A stretch of 64,000 bases of DNA from a virus (Duplodnaviria > Caudoviricetes): positions 1,105 to 65,104 of IMG/VR virus record IMGVR_UViG_3300050132_000146; one strand, written 5' to 3'. Below the pieces are notes generated by a model. It worked only from the letters and a program-made list of their open reading frames with translations. It was not told where the DNA came from and made no database searches. Of this stretch, positions 10,597-18,753 are shown in pieces. How positions within the stretch are numbered: position 1 is the stretch's first letter; each line of letters begins with the position of its first letter. The translations under genes and the position numbers were made by a program.

Positions 10597-11375
10597 TTCA
10601 CCAATCCCTCCCCCTTCCCTCACATCCGAGGGAAGGGGTGATAAAGAAAAGTTTCAGGTCTGTTAAGTTCTGTCCATGACTTCCGTGCATAGAATTTAGC
10701 CGATTGAATCCTAAGAAATGCCGATTCCTTCCGTTAACGTTATAAAATGGCCCTGCCACGTACGCCCTTAGACCGGGCGGCAGATGAATAATGCGATAAG
10801 CCATAACATATATCCTAAGAGTCCGTGAGTTCTACCACTACGACTATGCCCAGAGAAGTGCCCCGTGCATCACTGGTTCCAGCCTGAACTTTATGACGAA
10901 TGATGGATAGTCCTGTCCCGGAGCTAGAGAGCTTCTGCACAATATCGAGGTACTTAGCTGCCCAAATAACAGGACACGAACGAGCGTGGATAATCCACAC
11001 CCGCGAGCAATTACAAGCTCAACGGAACGCTCAATGCCCGTCAGGCATTAGGTACAAACCCGCGTAAGCGAGGCCCGTACTAAGCGGTGACAACGCTAGG
11101 GATGAAAAAACTGTTGCAACGAAGTTACGCCCATTGGGTTAGTAGTGCCGTGCGCCCCACGAAAGAGGGCACAATATGCCACAAGCATAATCGTCAATGG
11201 CCACCGTCGAAAGCGTACCATCAAGTATGGACTCGCAATCACAAACAAGCGCCATTCAGTAACACACGCTTTGAGCGTTTGCGTTCGAGTCACCAATTAA
11301 TGACGGAATGTGAAAACGCCCACCAATGTATTACACATACATGTGCCATGCGGCAGTAAACCGCATGGCACCAGT

Positions 11376-11576
11376 ATGTCTAAAACACAAGCATACAAGA
11401 AGCGTAAGGCGCTACGTGCGCTAAACGAAGTCCGTGATTCATCGTTCATTGCCTCCCTCTGCGCAACGGGCGGAAAGCGAACCGGGCGCTCAACCAAAAC
11501 CGTCGAGAAGGCCGCGTGTCGCGATCTCCGCAAGTCTCAGTACAAGCCCTCAACCTGGATCAAAATCAACCCGTGA
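11376..11576 (+). CDS. Small basic hypothetical protein
   Basis: The ATG follows the perfect hairpin TGCCATGCGG/CCGCATGGCA. K/R-rich, 66 aa. Confidence 0.45.
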   Translation: MSKTQAYKKRKALRALNEVRDSSFIASLCATGGKRTGRSTKTVEKAACRDLRKSQYKPSTWIKINP

Positions 11577-11772
11577 AAATCATCACATGGCGATCAGGAG
11601 AGTTGTGCCACGCTCAAGTCCAAGGTGGATCCGTCGTCAATGCGCAGCGGTAAAACCCTTGATGACGCTGTCCTAAAGGTTCTTATGGACCACAAATTCC
11701 GACTTGGATTCTCCGTCGAAATGACGAATTCCTCCGAAGGGTAATTTCACCATCAACCAAAACAAACGAAAA

Positions 11773-12111
11773 ATGAACATCGAAGACCTTACTCTGCGTG
11801 AAATACGCGAAATTGCCGCAATCACATGCCCTCAAAACCGTAGTCCGCAACCACATCCATACAAGATTGGCGGGTTGTACTTCATCCGAACCGTCACCAT
11901 GTCTCATGCTGGCCGTCTGGTTGAGGTGGGTGATCATGAATTGATCCTTGAAGACGCATCGTGGATTGCTGATACCGGGCGACTCACGCAAGCGCTCGCA
12001 ACAGGTCAATTCTCTGAGGTGGAGAAATTCCCCGTTGGTCGCGTAATCGTGGGTCGCGGTGCCCTCGTGGACGCGTGTGAAATAACCGTGATTCCGGTCT
12101 CGCAGAAATGA
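11773..12111 (+). CDS. Conserved small beta-barrel (Sm/SH3-like) phage protein, DUF6948-like
   Basis: 'YFIRTVTMSHAGRLVEVGDHELILEDASWIADTGR' matches a widespread phage family I recognise. Confidence 0.75.
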   Translation: MNIEDLTLREIREIAAITCPQNRSPQPHPYKIGGLYFIRTVTMSHAGRLVEVGDHELILEDASWIADTGRLTQALATGQFSEVEKFPVGRVIVGRGALVDACEITVIPVSQK

Positions 12112-12347
12112 TTGCCTCTGTAGCAAGGGCGGGACTAGACTCGTCGCGGTCGGGGTCGGCGTCGTGGTCGCGGTCGCGGTCGGGGTCGGCGTCGTGGTCG
12201 GGGTCGCGGTCGGGGTCGGCGTCGTGGTCGCGGTCGCGGTCGGGGTCGGCGTCGTGGTCGCGGTCGCGGTCGGGGTCGGCGTCGTGGTCGCGGTCGCGGT
12301 CGGGGTCGCGGTCGGGGTCGTGGTCGTGGTCGCGGTCGGGTTCCTAA
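12108..12347 (+). CDS. Ser-X dipeptide repeat micro-protein (SRSRSGSASW)n
   Basis: ATGA-coupled to the upstream gene. An 11-aa leader is followed by Ser at every second residue. Confidence 0.6.
   Translation: MIASVARAGLDSSRSGSASWSRSRSGSASWSGSRSGSASWSRSRSGSASWSRSRSGSASWSRSRSGSRSGSWSWSRSGS
12141..12341 (+). repeat. Low-complexity 6-bp periodic / 30-bp higher-order repeat
   Basis: TCG alternates with CGG/GGG/GCG/TGG. The unit tcgcggtcgcggtcggggtcggcgtcgtgg occurs about 5 times. Confidence 0.9.
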
Positions 12348-12401
12348 AGCAGAAAATTTAACCCACGACCATGGCGTCAAACCCGTGGTCGTGGGAACAG
12401 T

Positions 12402-12556
12402 TTTGAGAATAGAGTAGAGCGTCGTTGTGGATGGTACACAAGCGCATTTCCAGCGAGACCGCATATCTCATCTGTCATAGCGTGGGCCAGCAGGACTGGA
12501 TAGCAAATAAGGCCCAAAAGAACGTAAAGTCGTTCACGCTCTACTCTGCCCTCAAA
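12402..12556 (+). other. Structured intergenic RNA element (long closing stem, multibranch interior)
   Basis: AGAGTAGAGCG (12411-21) pairs with CGCTCTACTCT (12537-47). TTTGAG/CTCAAA forms an outer stem. Confidence 0.55.
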
Positions 12557-12588
12557 GCAGCAATCCAAACAACGCATAGAAATATCGC

Positions 12589-13032
12589 ATGAAACCGAAC
12601 CTGACACTCGACGAAGCTCCATCCGCCAAGAAAGCCAAGCGTGGCAACCTCACTGCAACCCGTGCTGCGCGTAAAGCACAGAAAAAGGCCAATTACCTCG
12701 CGCGGTACGCCGTGCGCAAGGCTCAGAATGCGCGTAAGCGTGCTGAGAAGACGGCCAAGAACGAGGCCAAAACCGAGAACGAACTCACCCACGCCCAGAT
12801 GCGGCATTTCCGTCGTATCGAGAATCGTGACAACCGAAAGGTTGGATCGGACAATCCTCTTTCCGGCTGCATGATTCCGGGTGAATTGTCACCCGTGGAA
12901 ATCGCCCACAAGGCTCGTCGCATCTTCCGTCGCATCCACAAGGCGAAGTATTTGAGCATCAACTCCGCACTCGAACAAGACCGCCTGGAGTATCACCAGC
13001 AGTGGGTGCGGCTCGTGGGCTCTGCTGCGTAA
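12589..13032 (+). CDS. Basic hypothetical protein
   Basis: 147-aa K/R/A-rich ORF with C-ending codon bias. Confidence 0.75.
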   Translation: MKPNLTLDEAPSAKKAKRGNLTATRAARKAQKKANYLARYAVRKAQNARKRAEKTAKNEAKTENELTHAQMRHFRRIENRDNRKVGSDNPLSGCMIPGELSPVEIAHKARRIFRRIHKAKYLSINSALEQDRLEYHQQWVRLVGSAA

Positions 13033-13064
13033 ACCATCAACCAAAAATACTCGTTTCACCTACC

Positions 13065-13361
13065 ATGAAAACACCGAAATTCCTTCTCAATATCGCCGTC
13101 TGGCTCCATGCCGCACTCGTTAGCACGAAGCGCCACCTTCGTTCCAATGCTCGCGTCTACCGTGATCGCCCAGATTCCAGCATCACGGATGAACGACTCA
13201 TTAAGCTTTGTAATCGTCAGGATGCTCGTGAACAAGCCAAGCTCGACGCCGTGATCACTGGCTACTGCGCCAAGATCGACCGCGTTCGTGCTGGCAAGGG
13301 GAAGAATACCCTGACTGGCATTCCTCGCCAGTTCATTCCGTCAGATATGTTTGCTGCTTAA
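13065..13361 (+). CDS. Hypothetical protein
   Basis: ATG-started ORF with similar codon usage to its neighbours. Confidence 0.65.
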   Translation: MKTPKFLLNIAVWLHAALVSTKRHLRSNARVYRDRPDSSITDERLIKLCNRQDAREQAKLDAVITGYCAKIDRVRAGKGKNTLTGIPRQFIPSDMFAA

Positions 13362-13447
13362 CCATCTTCCCTGATCAGGAGCCCACGCCACCGTTTCGGC
13401 ATTTGAAGTACCGTGGTGGCGTGGGGAATTTTCAACAACACAAAACC

Positions 13448-13837
13448 ATGTACCAACTTTCTCAGCAACTCCGAGAAGCTGCGGATATTCTTGATGGTGG
13501 ATTGAAGTGGGAGTGTTATGAGGAGCGCGTATCCTCATGGTATCCATCAGGACAAACCACACGATCTGTTTCCGAGTGCGTCTGGAAGAGAATCCCAATC
13601 CGTCGCTACACCGAACCAAAACAAGTCCAACTCGAACAAAAGGACTGGCTGGTTGGTGGTCCTTGGTATTTTAGATCAAAAACAGATCTAGCAACGATTT
13701 TCATGGCAACTAAATTCTATGAAAATGCGGTTGGGTCATTCGACCGATATGGCGATAGGGATCATTCATCAATGATGTCTGATTACGAACGCTCCAACGA
13801 CGGGATCAACTGGCAACCATGCTCGAAACCGGAATGA
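13448..13837 (+). CDS. Hypothetical protein
   Basis: ATG after an AC-rich tract. Trp-rich, with a C-terminal 'DGINWQPCSK'. Confidence 0.65.
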   Translation: MYQLSQQLREAADILDGGLKWECYEERVSSWYPSGQTTRSVSECVWKRIPIRRYTEPKQVQLEQKDWLVGGPWYFRSKTDLATIFMATKFYENAVGSFDRYGDRDHSSMMSDYERSNDGINWQPCSKPE

Positions 13838-14394
13838 TCATCTACACCAAACACATCTGCGGAGTCTGGTTCGCGTCCTACCAGTCAGACATGGGTAATG
13901 CATCTGGCGCTCAGACTGAGGCTGATGCGATACTTCGGTTAATTGAACTTAACGGACTTGTTCGTCTATGAGAATCACAAAAGATATTACTCCTGTCCTG
14001 TTGCACCCACTCCTGACTGCACGCCTAGAGCGTGAGCGTCAGTCCTCGCCATTCTACAAACTCGGCCACACCTTCGTCGCCTTAGTGGCGTGGATTCTGT
14101 GCCTTGCAATCCTGAGTTTAGGTCTGGTTGCTTGCTTTGCGCCATGACCGCATTCTTAGTTATCCTCCTAATATGGGCCATCGCTCACTTTATCTTGGCA
14201 GGTCTCCCTAGCATCGACAACTAACATGAAACCCACCCAGCCATCGCTCCGTTCCGTAATCCTCTCCACGGACTACGCCGCAGCGGTGGCTGAGTGGCTG
14301 GCCAGCCCTATTTCCGTAGTCTCAGACGCTGCCAAGCACATCCAGGTGTGTTCTGACCGCATGAATAGGGTAAAACCCGTTAAAGCGCATTGTA

Positions 14395-14496
14395 GAGAGA
14401 AGTAGAGTGGGCGTGTGAGATTGGGATCTGTGGCCCCGACTAAAATCGGTACCTGAAAAGACCAATTACAAGCACGCCCACCCTACTGCCCTCAAA
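14395..14496 (+). other. Structured RNA element upstream of the Ubl gene
   Basis: AGTAGAGTGGGCGTG pairs with CACGCCCACCCTACT (14 of 15 bp) and encloses small hairpins. Confidence 0.55.
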
Positions 14497-14570
14497 ATCA
14501 GTTGTCCTCAACACATTACGTGACGCCGTTCCTGCGCTTGGATGTAAAAGTTAAAGACAAACACACACAT

Positions 14571-14888
14571 ATGGCTACCCACACACTCCAGACGATCTTC
14601 GTGAACATCAACGGCAACAACCAGCCGTTCCCTGTCACGCATGGTACCACCGGCAATTCCTTCCTGGGCAACTCCACCAACCGCGATCTGTTCCAGATCC
14701 CGGCCAATGTGGACGTTCTCGTGAACGGCGTCGGCGGCAGCGCTGGCGATCTCGGCCTCCGTGCCGGTGACGTGCTGACCTTCCAGACGAAGGCCAGTTC
14801 CAAGGCCGCCAAGGGCACCCTGCCCGCTGGCGTCAAGGTGAAGAAGGCCGCAACCGCGACCAAAAAGCCCGCCAAGGCGAGCAAGTAA
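14571..14888 (+). CDS. Ubiquitin-like (beta-grasp) protein with a Lys/Ala-rich C-terminal extension
   Basis: 'VDVLVNGV...LRAGDVLTF' is a ThiS/MoaD-like pattern. The gene heads an operon with E2, E1 and JAB genes. Confidence 0.75.
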   Translation: MATHTLQTIFVNINGNNQPFPVTHGTTGNSFLGNSTNRDLFQIPANVDVLVNGVGGSAGDLGLRAGDVLTFQTKASSKAAKGTLPAGVKVKKAATATKKPAKASK

Positions 14889-14924
14889 GCCATACGAGCA
14901 GTCTAGACTGCCCAGTAGCGCTAT

Positions 14925-14960
14925 GGGGCGAATCCAAGTAGGGTTCGCCCCTTTTTCTTT
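14925..14960 (+). terminator. Intrinsic terminator between the Ubl and E2 genes
   Basis: GGGGCGAATCC-AAGTA-GGGTTCGCCCC followed by TTTTTCTTT. Confidence 0.75.
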
Positions 14961-14989
14961 CCAAACCAGATACCAGAACCACCAAGTAA

Positions 14990-15841
14990 ATGCAAAAATC
15001 ATCAGTACTAGCAAACTGGCCCGTGAGCCAGCAATCCATCGAACAGTTCGATGTTGTTGATTTTGACGGAAGTGTTCGTGCACCAGCGGCGACATTCCGA
15101 AAGACAACCACGTATGAGTTCGTCGGTCTTGGTGGTATCCCTACCACTCAACAGTCTTTCATGTCTATGACACCAATGCTTTCAATCCCATTCAGTGAAC
15201 TCGGAATCGCCGAATCCGGCAACGCTGAGTTCAAGATGTTCTTGTCCAAGCATGAAACGATGGGAAATATCTTCCTCATCAAGATGCACATGATTCGTCT
15301 GAACACGAAGTTCTCGGTAATCCAGGACAATGTAACCACCCCAGGAGTCGATGGTGCTGATGCAACGATTACACAAACATCACTCATCGTCCCGAACTAC
15401 ACATCAGGTGTAGGACTTGCTCCAGTCTGGACTATGCCAGAGGCATCCGATTACGACTTCTGGCTTCTGTCGAAGTGTCCGTACACAGATCGTGGACAGG
15501 CACATTTCTTCGCGGCCAAGAAGTCGAACAAGATGACTATCGGTAGACCTCCGCTTCCAAACTGCTTTGGCGACACCCGCTTCTGCATTGGAAATGAGGA
15601 ATGGTGCCGACGTGGCGCATCTGATCCAATCGAGGTCGCCAAGGCTGCGGTAAAGGCAGCATTCATCAATCAGTGGCAGACGGACCTTCTTACCGAACAG
15701 GCCAAAGAGGTTTCGAAGCGAATCTTCCGGTTCGATATTGAGACACAGAAACAGGTACCAACTGTTCCAAACTTCGCAACTGACTGCGGAGCTGTCGCCC
15801 ATCAGGCAATCAGCAATATCATGTCAATGGTTGTTGAATAA
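14990..15841 (+). CDS. Prokaryotic E2-like (UBC-fold, PRTRC protein B-like) protein
   Basis: 'RPPLPNCFGDTRFCIGN' resembles the E2 PN-x5-(I/F)C catalytic signature, and the operon context fits. Confidence 0.7.
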   Translation: MQKSSVLANWPVSQQSIEQFDVVDFDGSVRAPAATFRKTTTYEFVGLGGIPTTQQSFMSMTPMLSIPFSELGIAESGNAEFKMFLSKHETMGNIFLIKMHMIRLNTKFSVIQDNVTTPGVDGADATITQTSLIVPNYTSGVGLAPVWTMPEASDYDFWLLSKCPYTDRGQAHFFAAKKSNKMTIGRPPLPNCFGDTRFCIGNEEWCRRGASDPIEVAKAAVKAAFINQWQTDLLTEQAKEVSKRIFRFDIETQKQVPTVPNFATDCGAVAHQAISNIMSMVVE

Positions 15842-15842
15842 T

Positions 15843-16085
15843 ATGAAAGTACAACTTCACGGTGCCACTCGTGAGCAATTCGAGATTGGCCAAACATTCG
15901 CATTCACATCCTGGCAAAAGCGGTCAGATCCAGGTAAAACGCTGCGTCAGATGGAAAACATCAAAAAGCGTAGTTCATCTGCCGAATTCTCATTGTCGGA
16001 GGCATTCCCAACAGGAGTTCCTGTTCCGGATATTACCAACATCCAGAAACCCCAACGCCTAGAATCAGAGCCACTATTCCCATGA
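15843..16085 (+). CDS. Small hypothetical protein in the Ubl operon
   Basis: Fills the E2-E1 gap and overlaps the E1 start (ATGA). Confidence 0.6.
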   Translation: MKVQLHGATREQFEIGQTFAFTSWQKRSDPGKTLRQMENIKKRSSSAEFSLSEAFPTGVPVPDITNIQKPQRLESEPLFP

Positions 16086-16795
16086 CCCCAAAACACATCC
16101 ACGTAATCGGTTGCGGAGGCGTTGCCTCGCACCTACTCACTGCGCTCATTCAGACCGCAGAATTCGCCATGGACTGTCCCACCATCCACTTCTGGGATGG
16201 TGACAAGTACGAGGACAAGAATATCGCTCGCCAGTTCCTTGCAAAAGGACGTGAGGGTCAATCGAAGTCTGAAGTATTCGCTGAGTACTATGGCGCTCTC
16301 TACGGAGGAACCATCATCGCTCACGATCAGTATTTCTTCGCTGACACATACACCATCGAAGAGAACTCCTTGATCATCTGCGTTGTGGACAACCACCGTG
16401 GACGGCGTGAATGCAGGGAATCAGCAAGGCGCTCAAGTTCCATACTTGTTTCTGGTGCAAATGAGACGGAATCAGGTGAGGCATGGGTGTGGCTTCGTGA
16501 GAACGAGGGAAAGAATACTGATCCTTGGGTTCGCTATCCTGACCTTGAGACAGACGTTGGTATTGACCCGCTTCACGCGCAGGGTTGTCAGTCCGAACTT
16601 GCAATCGTGGACAATCCACAGATCCCTGCTGGTAACATGCTCACTGCGGCGTGTATCGTGGGCCTTATTCAGGGAACGATCCTTGGTACCGAGGAGTATT
16701 GGGGCTACAGGTACAACCCAGCAGAGTACCGTTTCGTGCGGAATGGTCTCTTTGGTAAAACATTCGCACAACTGGAGACCACGACTACGCTATGA
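16082..16795 (+). CDS. ThiF/E1-family adenylyltransferase
   Basis: 'VIGCGGVAS', 'DGDKYEDKNIARQ', 'K' and 'ICVVDNHRGR'. Candidate catalytic Cys in 'DPLHAQGCQ'. Confidence 0.9.
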   Translation: MTPKHIHVIGCGGVASHLLTALIQTAEFAMDCPTIHFWDGDKYEDKNIARQFLAKGREGQSKSEVFAEYYGALYGGTIIAHDQYFFADTYTIEENSLIICVVDNHRGRRECRESARRSSSILVSGANETESGEAWVWLRENEGKNTDPWVRYPDLETDVGIDPLHAQGCQSELAIVDNPQIPAGNMLTAACIVGLIQGTILGTEEYWGYRYNPAEYRFVRNGLFGKTFAQLETTTTL

Positions 16796-18729
16796 ACCAT
16801 AATCCGCACGGAATTACAAATGACCAGATCCCGGAAGGTTGGAGACTTCTGACGGTAGAAGAACTTAGTGTTCTCGCAACAAGAGCGTATGGTGCGCAAT
16901 ATTGGGATTGCGATAATGGTGAGTTTAGGTTTAACTCATCATTCAGAGATCGATCAGGATCAAACGTTGGTGTAGCAACTACCTCAATCGTGCCCAACGG
17001 ATGGTCGGCAACAAACCAAATACACGAACCAATGCAAACAAACCGAATGACAGCAGATCAGTATGTTGACTGCTACAATCCAGATCAAGTTCCACTTGAT
17101 TCTGTGCCAGATGGGTGGAGGATCATGTCCAGAACTGAAGCCACACCAATAAGGTTGGTTGATGGAGCTAAATATTGGTACGGTGCACCACGAGTTCCGG
17201 TCTTCCGATTTGCATCGGAAGAAAGAAACGGAATAGGAACAAGCCAAGTTGGAGGTTCCGACACCTGCATCGTTCCCATCTCGTGGGTTGATCCAAGGAC
17301 CGTTGTGACACCAAACCGAATGACCCAACAGCAGTTCGATGACTCGTTCAACCCAAGCGATCTCACACTCGATCAGATCGAAGATGGTTGGACCATCGTA
17401 AGTCGAACTGTTTCTGAACCTGGCGAATGGATACACGGAGCTGAGTGGTGGGATGGTGATGCGTGGTCTGATTCTGAGGGTACCCTTGGACGTGGGTGTT
17501 ATGGTGATACTGTTGTAACCATTCGAATCAGAATTAACCCACAGACTGAATCGGTTGATGACGTGCCCGAACCAGAGCCTGAGCGTCACTTCAACATCGT
17601 CGCCGAAGTCCAACGAATCGAACCATCCTTCACAATGGCTGAAATCCTTTCCACGTTCGCAACGTGTGGTGAAGAGTCGCAAGGAAGGGTGGATAGGTTG
17701 TTGGCTAGAGACCGTCAGTCTGATTATGACTCGTGGGAACGCTCGGCTCGCATTAACTCTGGTAGGCGTTCAACAAGAATCGTATGCGCCATTCAGTGTG
17801 CACTTCTCGCATTCGCTCACCCTGAGATCACCCAGGTCACACCAATTGCCACGCCAACCCCTCCGGTGGCACCAGCAACGCCTCCGGTGGGCTTGCGTGA
17901 ATATCACAACCCTCGTAATGTCACTCTGGACGACATGGATGGGTGGACGCTTTGTCGGGTCGGTGAGCATATTCAAGGCAGTCGTATTGATGGTGCGCAA
18001 TACTGGAATATTGATTCAAGAACATGGAGATATCAGTATTCCAGTGATCGCTACACCCTCTTCTACCCAGAAGAAACCATTCGTAAGCCCGGATCTATGG
18101 GTCCGCCACCAGACCCTAACTCACCGGACCCTATTGTTCGCCTGACCATAGCGTGCCGTCGAAAGACGACTCCCGACATCAAATCGGCCATCTTCACAAA
18201 CCCCGCATCCTCAATTGTCTACACCCTGGCAAGGATAGAGATCAGTGAGAATGGTTGGTACAACACTCTGGAGGAGCAGCCTAAGACCCATGATGAATGG
18301 GTTACGTGGCTTAATGCTTGTACTACCGAGGCCCCGCCACCTCCAGTCGTTGAACCTCCGCAACCGAATGATGATGGGGCACCCGCGTTCACTGTTCGAG
18401 TAACATGGAATAATACATGCGTATTGATTCATCATCAGCCATCCACTACTCCGTTTTCGTCAGAAGTTATTGTGCCAAATCACATTGCTCGCCGTGGAGC
18501 TGATGCGGTATATGATTATATTAATAGAGAGAGGAGTCTTGCCCCGGTTTCGGGAGAAACCGTTCTTGGTAGTATTGAGCACAATTCAACATACAGATAC
18601 AATGAACGTGATCTTGAAATCCCAATGTTCAATCCTCTTGAAGAATGGCAAAGAGCCAATGGAATCGTCGAAGAAACTGACGAGGAAGAATCAGAAGATG
18701 AACACGAGGACGAAGACGAAGATATTTAA
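16792..18729 (+). CDS. Large acidic protein with four copies of an NP..(D/E)GW..GAx(Y/W)W domain
   Basis: ATGA-coupled to E1. Repeats start near 16798, 17074, 17347 and 17905. Acidic tail. Confidence 0.8.
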   Translation: MNHNPHGITNDQIPEGWRLLTVEELSVLATRAYGAQYWDCDNGEFRFNSSFRDRSGSNVGVATTSIVPNGWSATNQIHEPMQTNRMTADQYVDCYNPDQVPLDSVPDGWRIMSRTEATPIRLVDGAKYWYGAPRVPVFRFASEERNGIGTSQVGGSDTCIVPISWVDPRTVVTPNRMTQQQFDDSFNPSDLTLDQIEDGWTIVSRTVSEPGEWIHGAEWWDGDAWSDSEGTLGRGCYGDTVVTIRIRINPQTESVDDVPEPEPERHFNIVAEVQRIEPSFTMAEILSTFATCGEESQGRVDRLLARDRQSDYDSWERSARINSGRRSTRIVCAIQCALLAFAHPEITQVTPIATPTPPVAPATPPVGLREYHNPRNVTLDDMDGWTLCRVGEHIQGSRIDGAQYWNIDSRTWRYQYSSDRYTLFYPEETIRKPGSMGPPPDPNSPDPIVRLTIACRRKTTPDIKSAIFTNPASSIVYTLARIEISENGWYNTLEEQPKTHDEWVTWLNACTTEAPPPPVVEPPQPNDDGAPAFTVRVTWNNTCVLIHHQPSTTPFSSEVIVPNHIARRGADAVYDYINRERSLAPVSGETVLGSIEHNSTYRYNERDLEIPMFNPLEEWQRANGIVEETDEEESEDEHEDEDEDI

Positions 18730-18753
18730 CCCAGAAAAACAACCAGCACACCC

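Noticed and set aside
12141-12341. CRISPR array or DGR repeat
   Set aside because: It is a contiguous low-complexity repeat with no unique spacers, and no cas or reverse transcriptase gene is visible.
12135-12464. Poly-(Arg-Pro) minus-strand ORF and Val/Ala/Gly alternative frame
   Set aside because: Both are alternative readings of the same repeat. Only the Ser-X frame has an ATG coupled to the upstream gene.
14571-16795. ThiS/ThiF thiamine or molybdopterin sulfur-carrier pathway
   Set aside because: There is no ThiG, MoaE, rhodanese or cysteine desulfurase, the Ubl lacks a terminal GG, and the E2-like and JAB genes point to conjugation.
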